Shown here piece after piece: positions 18,001-31,446 of a stretch of DNA of 64,000 nt (position 1 is the first letter of the stretch; every line of letters begins with the position of its first letter). The DNA lies in NCBI GenBank assembly GCA_964016885.1, contig OZ024742.1:218240001-218304000 (forward strand), given 5' to 3'. The notes below the pieces were generated by a model, which worked only from the letters and a program-made list of their open reading frames with translations, ran no database searches and was not told the DNA's origin. The translations under genes were made by a program, and so were the position numbers. This stretch comes from Eledone cirrhosa (lineage: Eukaryota).

Positions 18001-21000
18001 ACTACCACTTCCAACACTACAACCACTACGACTTCCAACACTACAACCACTACAACCTCCAACACTACAACCACTACCACTTCCAACACTACAACCACTA
18101 CGACTTCCAACACTACAACCACTACCACTTCCAACACTACAACCACTACCACCTCCAACACTACAACCACTACCACTTCCAACACTACATACAACCACTA
18201 CCAATTCCAACACTACAACCACTACCACTTCCAACACTACAACCACTATCACCTCCAAAACTACCACCACTACCACCTCCAACACTACAACTCCCAATTC
18301 CAACACTACAACCACTACCACCACCAACACTACAACCACTACCACCACCAACACTACAACCACTACGACTTCCAACACTACAACCACTACCACCACCAAC
18401 ACTACCACCACTACCACCACCAACACTACCACCACTACCACTTCCAACACTACAACCACTACGACTTCCAACACTACCACCACTACCACCTCCAACACTA
18501 CAACCACTACCACATCCAACACTTCAACCACTACCACCTCCAACACTACAACCACTACCACTTCCAACACTACAACCACTACCACTTCCAGCACTACCAC
18601 CACTACCACCTACAACACTACAACCACTACCACCTACAACACTACCACCACTACCACCTCCAACACTACAACCACTACCACTTCCAACACTACAACCACT
18701 ACCACCTCCAACACTACAACCACTACCACTTCCAACACTACAACCACTACCACTTCCAACACTACAACCACTACCACTTCCAACACTACAACCACTACCA
18801 CCTCCAACACTACAACCACTACCACCACCAACACTACCACTACTACCACCTCCAACACTACAACCACTACCACTTCCAACACTACAACCACTACCACCAC
18901 CAACACTACCACCACTACCACCTCCAACACTACAACCACTACCACTTCCAACACTTCAACCACTACCACCTCCAACACTACCACCACTACCACTTCCAAC
19001 ACTACAACCACTACCACTTCCAACACTACAACCACTACCACCTCCAACACTACAACCACTACCACTTCCAACACTACAACCACTACGACTTCCAACACTA
19101 CAACCACTACCACCTACAACACTACAACCACTACCACTTCCAACACTACAACCACTACCACTTCCAACACTACAACCACTACCACCTACAACACTACAAC
19201 CACTACCACTTACAACACTACAACCACTACCACCTCCAACACTACAACCACTACCACTTCCAACACTACAACCACTACCACTTCCAACACTACAACCACT
19301 ACCACTTCCAACACTACAACCACTACCACCTCCAACACTACAACCACTACCACCTCCAACACTACAACCACTACCACTTCCAACACTACAACCACTACCA
19401 CTTCCCACACTACAACCACTACCACTTCCAACACTACAACCACTACCACCTCCAACACTACAACCACTACCACCTCCAACACTACAACCACTACCACTTC
19501 CCACACTACAACCACTACCACTTCCCACACTACAACCACTACCACTTCCAACACTACAACCACTACCACTTCCCACACTACAACCTCTACCACTTCCAAC
19601 ACTACAACCACTACCACCTCCAACACTACAACCACTACCACCTCCAACACTACAACCACTACCACTTCCCACACTACAACCACTACCACTTCCCACACTA
19701 CAACCACTACCACTTCCAACACTACAACCACTACCACTTCCCACACTACAACCACTACCACTTCCAACACTACAACCACTACCACCTCCAACACTACAAC
19801 CACTACCACCTCCAACACTACAACCACTACCACTTCCCACACTACAACCACTACCACTTCCCACACTACAACCACTACCACTTCCAACACTTCAACCACT
19901 ACCACCTCCAACACTACCACCACTACCACTTCCAACACTACAACCACTACCACTTCCAACACTACAACCACTACCACCTCCAACACTACAACCACTACCA
20001 CTTCCAACACTACAACCACTACGACTTCCAACACTACAACCACTACCACCTACAACACTACAACCACTACCACTTCCAACACTACAACCACTACCACTTC
20101 CAACACTACAACCACTACCACCTACAACACTACAACCACTACCACTTCCAACACTACAACCACTACCACCTCCAACACTACAACCACTACCACTTCCAAC
20201 ACTACAACCACTACCACTTCCAACACTACAACCACTACCACTTCCAACACTACAACCACTACCACCTCCAACACTACAACCACTACCACCTCCAACACTA
20301 CAACCACTACCACTTCCAACACTACAACCACTACCACCTCCAACACTACAACCACTACCACCTCCAACACTACAACCACTACCACTTCCAACACTACAAC
20401 CACTACCACGTCCAAAACTACAACCACTACCACTTCCAACACTACAACCACTACGACTTCCAACACTACAACCACTACCACCTCCAAAACTACAACCACT
20501 ACGACTTCCAACACTACAACCACTACCACTTCCAACACTACAACCACTACCACTTCCAACACTACAACCACTACCACTTCCAACACTACAACCACTACCA
20601 CCTCCAACACTACAACCACTACCACTTCCAACACTACAACCACTACCACTTCCAACACTACAACCACTACCACTTCCAACACTACAACCACTACCACCTC
20701 CAACACTACAACCACTACCACTTCCAACACTACAACCACTACCACTTCCAACACTACAACCACTACGACTTCCAACACTACAACCACTACCACCTCCAAA
20801 ACTACAACCACTACGACTTCCAACACTACAACCACTACGACTTCCAACACTACAACCACTACCACTTCCAACACTACAACCACTACCACTTCCAACACTA
20901 CAACCACTACCACTTCCAACACTACAACCACTACCACTTCCCACACTACAACCACTACCATTTCCAACACTACAACCACTACCACTTCCAACACTACAAC

Positions 21001-22620
21001 CACTACCACTTCCCACACTACAACCACTACCACTTCCAACACTACAACCACTACCACCTCCAACACTACAACCACTACCACTTCCAACACTACAACCACT
21101 ACCACTTCCTACACTACAACCACTACCACTTCCAACACTACAACCACTACCACTTCCAACACTACAACCACTACCACTTCCCACACTACAACCACTACCA
21201 CTTCCAACACTACAACCACTACCACCTCCAACACTACAACCACTACCACTTCCCACACTACAACCACTACCACTTCCCACACTACAACCACTACCACTTC
21301 CAACACTACAACCACTACCACTTCCAACACTACAACCACTACCACTTCCAACACTACAACCACTACCACTTCCCACACTACAACCACTAACACTTCCAAC
21401 ACTACAACCACTACCCCTTCCAACACTACAACCACTACCCCTTCCAACACTACAACCACTACGACTTCCAACACTACAACCACTACGACTTCCAACACTT
21501 CAACCACTACCACTTCCAACACTACAACCACTACCACCTCCAACACTACAACCACTACCACTTCCAGCACTACAACCACTACCACCTCCAACACTACAAC
21601 CACTACCACCTCCAACACTACAACCACTACCACTTCCAACACTACAACCACTACGACTTCCAACACTACAACCACTACGACTTCCAACACTTCAACCACT
21701 ACCACTTCCAACACTACAACCACTACCACCTCCAACACTACAACCACTACCACTTCCAGCACTACAACCACTACCACCTCCAACACTACAACCACTACCA
21801 CCTCCAACACTACAACCACTACCACTTCCAACACTACAACCACTACGACTTCCAACACTACAACCACTACGACTTCCAACACTTCAACCACTACCACTTC
21901 CAACACTACAACCACTACCACCTCCAACACTACAACCACTACCACATCCAACACTACAACCACTACCACTTCCAACACTACAACCACTACCACCTCCAAC
22001 ACTACAACCACTACCACTTCCAACACTACAACCACTACCACTTCCAACACTACAACCACTACCACTTCCAGCACTACAACCACTACCACCTCCAACACTA
22101 CAACCACTACCACTTCCAAAACTACAACCACTACGACTTCCAACACTACAACCACTACCACCTCCAACACTACAACCACTACCACTTCCAACACTACAAC
22201 CACTACCACTTCCAACACTACAACCACTACCACTTCCAGCACTACAACCACTACCACCTCCAACACTACAACCACTACCACTTCCAACACTACAACCACT
22301 ACCACCTCCAACACTACAGCCACTACCACTTCCAACACTACAACCACTACCACTTCCAACACTATAACCACTACCACTTCCAACACTACAACCACTACCA
22401 CCACCAACACTACAACCACTACCACTTCCAACACTACAACCACTACCACCTCCAACACTACAACTACCAATTCCAACACTACAACCACTACCACTTCCAA
22501 CACTACAACCACTACCACTTCCAACACTACAACCACTACCACTTCCAACACTACCACCACTACCACCTCCAACACTACCACCACTACCACCACCAACACT
22601 ACCACCACTACCACCTCCAA
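1..22620. repeat. Giant 24-bp tandem minisatellite, consensus CCACTACCACTTCCAACACTACAA, with higher-order duplications; continues off the left edge
   Basis: The unit is directly visible throughout. The 8-aa periodicity of the minus-strand ORFs (VVVVVVLE; GSGSGCSV) gives 24 bp. Diverged islands lie at ~1260-2060, ~4240-4570, ~15690-16460 and ~17080-17220. Recurrent 28-bp (+TACA) and 21-bp variant units occur. Confidence 0.98.
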
Positions 22621-23551
22621 CACCACAACCCCCAAATCCACTAACAGAGCTACCCACCATCTCCAGCAACAATCCAACTAGCAAACCAACTCCAATAAAA
22701 TCACAATCACCTCCTTCGGTACCAATAGTACTAATAACACCACCATCGTCACTAACACCGGCACCACCAGCACCATCACTACCATCACCACCACCAACAC
22801 CAGTACCACCACCACAACCATCACCACAACCACCACAATCACCACCAACACCAACACCAACACCACCACCACTACCACAACCACCAGCACCAGCACCACC
22901 AGCACCAGCACCAACACCACCACCACTACCACAACCACCACCACAACCATCACCAACACCGCCGCCAACACCACCACCAACACCACCACAACTACCACAA
23001 CCACCACCACAACCACCACCACCATCACCACCACCACCAACACCACCAACACCAGTACCACCACCCACCACCACCACCACCCACCACCACAACCCTCACC
23101 CACCACCACCAACACCACCACTACTCCCACCACCACCACCACCATCACCACCACCACCACCACCACCAACACCAGTACCACCACCACCACCACCACCACC
23201 ACAACCCTCAGCCACCACCACCAACACCACCACTAACACCACCACTACTACCACAACCACCACCGCACCACCACCACCAACGCCACCAACACCAGTACCA
23301 CCACCACCACCAGTACCACCACTACCACAAGCACCACCTCCACCACCACCACCACCACCACCACCACCACAACCACCACCAACACCACCACCAGCACCAA
23401 CACCACCACCACCACCACCACTGCAACCAGCACCACCATCACCACCACCACCACCGCCACAAACACCACCGCCAGCAGCAGCAGCACCACCACCACCACT
23501 GCCACCAGCACCAGCACCACCATCGCCACCACAAACACCAGCACCAGCACC

Positions 23552-23582
<31 letters not shown>

Positions 23583-23867
23583 CCACTACCACCAGCACCA
23601 GCACCACCATCACCGCCACAAACACCAGCACCAGCACCACCAGCACCACCACCACCGCCACAAACACCACCGCCAGCAGCAGCAGCACCACCACCACCAC
23701 TGCCACCAGCACCAGCACCACCATCACCGCCACAAACACCAGCACCAGCACCACCAGCACCAGCACCACCAGCACCACCACCACCACAAACACCACCACC
23801 AGCACCACCACCGCCGTCACAAACACCAGCACCACCACCACCAACGCCACAACCACTAGTACCATAA
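22368..23867 (+). other. Start-less Pro-rich open frame (extensin/mucin-like low complexity); coding status uncertain
   Basis: Manual translation gives ...PNPLTELPTISSNNPTSKPTPIKSQSPPSVPIVLITPPSSLTPAPPAPSLPSPPPTP...PQPLVP, ending at TAA 23865-23867. It is bounded upstream by an in-frame TAA at 22365 and has no ATG. Confidence 0.25.
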
Positions 23868-24039
23868 TCACCCGCCCTAGTTCCACCACTAATAGAAACA
23901 GCAGACATGACAGTTATTATCGTAGCCGTCATTGTTTTCGCTCGCTTCACTTTGCACATGTCTACTATATTTGAACAACTAGATAAACAAATTTGACAAA
24001 AACATAGAAAGAAAGCAATAACAGAAATCACCAACGCCA

Positions 24040-24153
24040 TCAATATCATCATCATCCCCATAACCACCATCAACAACATGATGATGATGATGATCATCAT
24101 CATCACGATCATGATCATCAAACACATTCTTCTTCTTCTTCTTCTTCTTCTTC
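24040..24153. repeat. (CAT/GAT)n and (TTC)n microsatellites
   Basis: Directly visible trinucleotide runs. Confidence 0.9.
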
Positions 24154-25030
24154 TACCCCTTTATTATCTCCCCTGTCTTCTTCCTGTAGTTCTCTAGAAA
24201 GAAGAGAGAGAAAGAGAGCTTTTCGTCCGTTCTTAGAAATCTAGAACTACAGGAGTTAGAAGGAGAAAAAACTTGAGAAACATGAGTAGTAAGGTAAGGT
24301 CTGTTCGGGTGGAGGAAGGAAGCCGTGTAGAGGAGAGGAAGGAAATTGGTGACAAGTAAACGATAGAAAGTAGAGAGGGGGCGAGAGAAGGAGAGCGGAA
24401 GGGAGAGGGAGAAAATGAGACAGTTTCAATGTTGATGAGTTAAAGGCCAACAGTAGTACAGGAAATAAATCAAGCCAACAGCAACACATTGAGGGCTGAT
24501 TGCGGTTTCCTCCTTCACCACCCTGCGTCGCTGCTGCTTATAATGCGCCAATGAAAATCTACTTGAAGCATCACTTAGTCTGTCTCGAAATTACACGAGA
24601 GTAACAAGAGGTAAATCTTTGTTTGGCAACATTTTTAAACACCCCCTCCTTCACCCTGCCCTTCGACCCCCCGTCTTCATCCTCTTCCCTACCCAGCGAA
24701 CATATTCAAACAACAAACAATTAGGTAACACTAATTTATATTAAACTGCATACCCCACCCTCAGTGTGTTTTCTCGATAAAGTGCTCGTTTGTGTGTCTG
24801 CTGTGCAAACTCAGAAACTACCGAAGCTTGCGAGTCCGAATTTATATTTACGTATAATCACTTGTCATTTGTATTCGTGAGTTTTATATGGAATAATAAT
24901 AATATTCGCTTCGTTTCTAAGCAAACAGCCTCATTACGCTATGTTTTTAGATGATCATCGTCATTCTTTTGTTCTAGCGGTAGCGCAGGGAAACAATCGA
25001 CAACGTTGTTTCTGGGTTATTGCCCTTTGT

Positions 25031-26038
25031 CAAGATGTGGTATCAAAAAGTTCCTGGACAAGTTATATTTGAAAAAAACTAATATATTTACGTAAGTTTT
25101 AACATCATCTCCTTCGAACTAGTCACCTTGCGCAGCAATACACCAGTTCTAGAGTAACTGCCACTTTTGAAATCCAGCCTGGAAGTCGTTTTCCATAAGC
25201 AAGTCGAGGACCTTCTACGCTTCGCTCTGGTTCTCGGCAATGGTGTTAAAACGGCAACCTTTGACCTGCATTTTCAGCTTGAAGGAGAGATGGAAATCAA
25301 CAGATGCTAAATTTGGTGAATAAGATGGGTGTGGAAACTATAAAATGTTATTTTTTTATTCGAGAAATTCACAAGTGAGGAGAGCTCGGTGACAGGGTGC
25401 ATTGTCGTCGTCAAGAATCCAATTTTGGGGGCTCTACAGATCCGGGTGCTTTCACCGAACGTATTCCCTCAGACGCCCCAGAACGTTGCAGTAGAACTCT
25501 CGATTGGCGGTCTGGCCCGGGGGAGGCGGGGGGGGGGGGGGGGGGATTCTCGATGTACAATACCACGGATTTCAAAAAAAACGATGAGCATGCTTTTGAT
25601 TGAGCTGCGGCTCTGTTGTGCCGTCTTCGGTCGTGGAGATGAAGGGCTTTTCCACTGTGTCAACTGCTGATTTGTCTCAGAGTTGTACCTGTAGACCCGT
25701 ATCTCTCGTCACTGGAGATGATCCTTGACATGAAGGGCGGTTTTCAGCGGCACGCTGACGGAGATCTTGACAGACTACGACGCGATGTTCTTTCTGGTCA
25801 CTGGTCAGCAGGCAGGGGACACACTTGGCCACATGTTCAATTCAGACGTTAGGGTTGTCTGCACAGACCCATACGACAGACCAACAACATCAGCAATATC
25901 ATTGAGAGTCCTCCAACGATCCTCATACATTAGCTTAATTTTCTCATAATTGGCGCATGAAGTTGACAACTAGCTCTCACTGAGCGTGCAAACGTGTGTT
26001 GCCATCTGTTGGTGCGCTACAGAACTAGTCCGGAAAAT
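25031..26038 (-). mobile_element. Degenerate Tc1/mariner (mariner-type) DNA transposon
   Basis: Minus-strand remnants TQWKSPSSPRPK..QSRSSIKSMLIVFFEIRGIVHRE, DDNAP and a C-terminal CIAAQGD*FEG match mariner transposase motifs, with frameshifts. The left TIR-like GGTATCAAAAAGTTCCTGGACAAGTT has a partial right counterpart (AACTAGTCCGGAA) cut at ~26038 by a palindromic element. Confidence 0.88.
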
Positions 26039-26226
26039 CGACGGCAGAGCTCAAGCCGTTTCGACGGCTATTTCTGGACTCTATTTCTGTCCAGAAATAG
26101 CCGCCGAAACAGCTTGAGCTCTGCCGTCGGGGTCTAACATTTTCCTATTACCCACTCTACTACCCTAGGTATTGAGTACTCTGGTGCGTTATGGTCGATC
26201 TGGTTTGTTACCACACCTCCTTCGTT
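26039..26226 (+). mobile_element. Family C PLE-like terminus, copy 1 (fold-back palindrome with HHR 3' half)
   Basis: Shares ~150 bp with copies at 35709, 38482, 55323 and 60899. Inverted repeat 26039-26129; GAAA-stem III-GTC motif; ends in (TA)n. Confidence 0.75.
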
Positions 26227-26370
26227 ATATATATATATATATATATAATGTAGGAGATGAGTTTTATTGTAGTACAATAAAGCAATGCAGATATCGGATA
26301 ATAAGCACTCTACATGTTGATTTAAAACTGAACTATCCACAAGTGTTTTTTAACCTTCATATCATGTCTT

Positions 26371-26447
26371 CATGTTTTATCTGATGAAAACACAAATATT
26401 ATTGCATGATGATATTTGTTTTTGAAATGCGCATAATAAAATACATG
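26371..26447 (+). ncRNA. Type I hammerhead ribozyme motif, family A copy 1
   Basis: CATGTTTTAT-CTGATGA(26381-87)-[~15-bp stem II]-GAAA(26424-27)-TGCGCA-TA-ATAAAATACATG. Complete core, stem I TTTTAT/ATAAAA, palindromic stem III ATGCGCAT, AUA cleavage triplet. Confidence 0.85.
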
Positions 26448-26469
26448 GAACTCTTTTAACCATCTTTTG

Positions 26470-26511
<42 letters not shown>

Positions 26512-26590
26512 CTCATTGAGCTATACCTTTTACTGTCATTTCTATAATACGAAGAGGGTGTTTAACTCCAACACGCTCCAGTATTCTAAT

Positions 26591-26679
<89 letters not shown>

Positions 26680-26923
26680 CAAATAAAAATACAAATAAAT
26701 AATCGAGAATCGAAATCTCAGCCCACGAAATCACGAAACACAATCTTCGAAATGTGTGGCAGAGGGCTCAATAGTTTGGGTAAACCAGAGCTATAACTAT
26801 CGTTAAAATACCAACACATAGAGACAATGCTTAAAATCATTCGCACAGCCGATAAAACGACCAGGAAAATTCGGGTCACACAAATAATAAATTAATAAAT
26901 TAAATGAATGTAAAATCTTATAT

Positions 26924-27061
<138 letters not shown>

Positions 27062-27128
27062 TATATATATAATATATATATATATAATATATATAATATA
27101 TAAGAACAAAAGATGGTTAAAAGAGTTC

Positions 27129-27203
27129 CATGTATTTTATTATGCGCATTTCAAAAACAAATATCATCATGCAATAATATTTGTGTTTTCATCAGATAAA
27201 ACA
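27129..27203 (-). ncRNA. Type I hammerhead ribozyme motif, family A copy 2 (inverted)
   Basis: Reverse complement of the 26373-26447 motif; left arm of the 27100-27385 inverted structure. Confidence 0.83.
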
Positions 27204-27282
27204 GTGCAGTTTTAAATCAACATATGTTGATTTAAAACTGCACTATCCACAAGTGTTTTTTAACCTTCATATCATGTCTTCC

Positions 27283-27357
27283 TGTTTTATCTGATGAAAA
27301 CACAAATTTTATTGCATGATGATATTTGTTTTTGAAATGCGCATAATAAAATACATG
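27283..27357 (+). ncRNA. Type I hammerhead ribozyme motif, family A copy 3
   Basis: CTGATGA at 27291-97 and GAAA at 27334-37, followed by TGCGCATA-ATAAAA; near-identical to copy 1 (910 bp upstream). Confidence 0.83.
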
Positions 27358-27481
27358 GAACTCTTTTAACCATCTTTTGTTCTTATATATTATGTATACT
27401 CCAGTCCTACAAACTGTAGAGTGCTTCTTATCCGATATCTGCATTGCATTGCTTTATTGTACTACAATAAAACTCACCTCC

Positions 27482-27588
<107 letters not shown>

Positions 27589-27605
27589 ATATATATATAT
27601 ATAAA

Positions 27606-28160
<555 letters not shown>

Positions 28161-28166
<6 letters not shown>

Positions 28167-28203
28167 GAAGAGGTCACAGAATGTGTGACGAAAGAACTTT
28201 GAC
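28161..28203 (+). ncRNA. Minimal type I hammerhead ribozyme motif
   Basis: GTCA-CTGAAGA(28165-71)-G-GTCACA-GAATG-TGTGAC-GAAA(28190-93)-GAAC-TT-TGAC. Stem I GTCA/TGAC, 6-bp stem II, very short near-palindromic stem III. Confidence 0.7.
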
Positions 28204-28499
28204 AATATATGAACAATCATCTGGTTGTGGAACCAACCAACCAACCGGAAATTTATAAATTCCTAAATTATAAATTTATTATAATAAATTGAAGTGAAAT
28301 AACTGGTGCGTGTGTTTCTTATTGGCAACATGACCCTCCCAAAGTATAACAATATCGGTTTCAACACACATTTTCAGATAAAGAATCTTGGTAAACAAAT
28401 TCAGAAACGAAATTCCACCACATCCCAAGGATATTACCCAGCATTCCACCACATCCTCTAGGGAACTACCTTCAGGACTCACCCACTGACATACACTCA

Positions 28500-29117
28500 A
28501 AAACATTTTTTTGCCACACGCCACCTACATCCACAACACGCATAAACACCACACACACGTGCGTACCACCACATATTTACACACTCAGCCTCCGGAATCC
28601 TCTCCCCCCACCTCTCTGACCCCTCCCCACCCGCACACGCACACACACACCGACTTACACCCCACCCACACACACCTCTTCCCGAACATGCAACCCCGTT
28701 CTTCCCCCAACTCTTACTTTCACATACACACACACACACACACGTACACCTACACACACACACCACCTTCAGCCCTCCCCGCTCGGACACCACGCCTCCC
28801 TCTCCCCACTCCACCCGCCACCACCCTACACGCACCACACCCTTCCACCACCTGTTTTACTTCATGTTTATTTTATTTTTATTATGCTTTTATATTTAAT
28901 TTCATTTGTACCGTTTCCTCTCACCCCCTTTTTTCTATATGTTTCTCCACCACTCCCCTACACACCCTTGGAACTCTCTTCCCACACACTTTTCACCTGA
29001 AGAAGAGCTTATACCCGAAACGTCGTTCCCCACCACCATCCCACTCTCAAGAGCGTGAAACTAATAAACCTTTGTTCGTACTGCCTCTCTGTTTTGTTCC
29101 CGTTCAATTTTTTACTA
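28500..29117 (+). mobile_element. PLE-like 3' region/pseudo-LTR, family B
   Basis: CA/CT-rich region, then CTGAAGA(28997-29003)-AGAGCTTATACCC-GAAACGTC, AATAAA and a T-rich tail into (TA)n. Related fragments occur at 38720-38775(-), 52200-52400(-) and 57410-57530(-). Confidence 0.6.
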
Positions 29118-29135
29118 TATATATATATATATATG

Positions 29136-29405
29136 AAGAAAAAGAGATGAAATCGAAAATGCAACTGGAGTCTTATTTAAAAAAATATATATATATATTT
29201 ATTTGGTTCCTTTACCGGTTTCGCAGTTCTTCTGCTTTTCAAAAGGTGAGTTGAGATGGAGGGTCTGTGGTTTTTACCACAGACCCTCCATCTCAACTCA
29301 CCTTTTGAAAAGCAGAAGAACTGCGAAACCGGTACCAAATAAATATATATATATTTTTTTTAAATAAGACTCCAGTTGCATTTTCGATTTCATCTCTTTT
29401 TCTTT
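29136..29405. repeat. ~130-bp-arm palindrome carrying a decayed HHR motif in each arm
   Basis: Arms mirror around CTGTGGT-TTTT-ACCACAG (~29273). The minus strand at 29209-29246 reads CCTT-TTGAAAA-GCAG-AAGAA-CTGC-GAAA-CCGG-TA-AAGG. Confidence 0.9.
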
Positions 29406-29463
29406 ATACTTTCACTCGTGTAGGACACCTCGGTTATTTTTCATTTTGTAAAAAAACCCTCAC

Positions 29464-29513
<50 letters not shown>

Positions 29514-29918
29514 ATATATATAATATTAATTTATAATGTAACATTTACCTTATATTTGTACAAATGTTAGAATACATTGGTATTTTTAATGTTAAATTCA
29601 TAACCCCTATATATATGTATGTGTGTGTGTGTTTGATTGCACCTATGTGTTTATAAATTTATTGTGTAAGCAGACGTAGATGTATGTGTATGCTCATCTT
29701 AAACAGCAAACGCGCTCATCTTAAACAGCAAACGCACTCAATTTCATGCACACACACACGAACACTCACATACACATATGCAAAGGAGCAACAACAACGA
29801 CAACAATATCAATAACTAGGACAACACATAGTTAGGTGTTCACTTTCCAACGTCTTTCCGACAGGCGTTTAACTGCTAATCAATATTTTCATCATTCCTA
29901 ACGGCGAATAGCGTTGTT

Positions 29919-30035
<117 letters not shown>

Positions 30036-30174
30036 GCAATAAACACATTAGTTATAGTAAAAAATGAAACGTGAAAATGTGAATGAATACATTTGCACCT
30101 AACTCTTTCCTCTCCAAGAATGCGATATAATACTCCTTGACTTTTTTACTCATTTACCTATTCTAACTTATGGG

Positions 30175-30214
<40 letters not shown>

Positions 30215-30251
30215 CTATATATCTATATATCTATCCCCCTCTCTCTTTCTT

Positions 30252-30331
<80 letters not shown>

Positions 30332-30406
30332 CTCTCTCTCCCTCTGTATATATATATATATATGTATAAATATTATTGCGAGGGAGAAAAACTGATAGAT
30401 AGATAA

Positions 30407-30465
<59 letters not shown>

Positions 30466-31153
30466 TGTGTCTTTATTAGCCACAGGGGCACAAAAGAAGG
30501 GGACAAATACAAAGGGGGAAGTTTACATACAATAAAAACGTGTAAAATGTTATCACAAATGCAATTTAAAAAGTTAGTCGATTTTCCCCAATAGGGGGAG
30601 ACAGTTTATATGGGTAACACATACCCCCGAAAAAATGTGCAACCGTCATCTCCAGGAGTACGAAGAGTTTGTACTCCTTTCCTCTCCTCCTCCTTTTCCT
30701 CAACCTACAGGCTGATATAGAGAGAAGGCCCATTCACTCGGGCCATTCTCGCCACTTTCACCCACCTTTCATAAAACTTGCTGGGTTACAGCACCTCTCT
30801 CTCCATCCTGATTCTTCTTCCAAAGTGGTATTTGAAAAAAAGAATCAGTTGTTGACCGGAGAGAAAGGTGTCTGACCTCAGCCCTTTCAACCTTGTCCAC
30901 CATACAACCTCTTTCGCCATAGCTATCACACAAAGGAAAACCGCCTCTCCTTCGTTTTTGAAGGAGGGTGGCGGTTTGATCATGACAATGGACTCGGTGG
31001 TCAACCGGATTGGTCCCACCCGCGACAATAGTCGTTCTACATAGCCCCACAGGTCAGTGACGCCCGGGCAGTGTATGAATGCGTGCAGGACGGTTTCTTC
31101 GTCTCGCACGCACCTCGGACAAATCTTTTTTGCAGGGTCCCTGCCCGGGCGTC
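30466..31153 (-). mobile_element. 5'-truncated Tx1/L1-clade LINE, 3' end (copy 1)
   Basis: Encodes CPRCVRDEETVLHAFIHC (zf-RVT-like CCHC) and a C-terminus homologous to ORF 31708-33339, with a premature stop at 30786. AATAAA is followed by a (TATC)n tail. Confidence 0.9.
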
Positions 31154-31224
31154 CATTTACCTATTCTAACTTATGGGCTGTGTGTGTGTGTGTGTGTGTG
31201 TAGCTATATATCTATATATCTATC

Positions 31225-31294
<70 letters not shown>

Positions 31295-31371
31295 TCTCTC
31301 TCTTCCCTCGCTCTCCCTCTGTATATATATATATATATATGTATAAATATTATTGCGAGGGAGAAAAACTA

Positions 31372-31434
<63 letters not shown>

Positions 31435-31446
31435 TAGATAGATATG

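Noticed and set aside
1-22620. CRISPR array or telomeric repeat
   Set aside because: Units are contiguous with no unique spacers and no cas genes; they are not TTAGGG-like.
1140-22677. Very long minus-strand ORFs (poly-Val VVVVVVLE up to 2742 aa; GSGSGCSV)
   Set aside because: By-products of a 24-bp repeat lacking stops in those frames; no signal peptide or domain, and the starts come from repeat variants.
23096-24127. Gly-rich secreted structural protein on the minus strand
   Set aside because: The N-terminus derives from (GAT)n microsatellite, the frame breaks at ~23250 and 23096, and similar GGT tracts (46116-47063) are plainly low complexity.
24150-25030. Possible promoter or first exon of a host gene (purine-rich tract, TATAAT/CCAAT-like words, GTAAG donors)
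   Set aside because: No ORF, homology or other support; such short motifs occur by chance.
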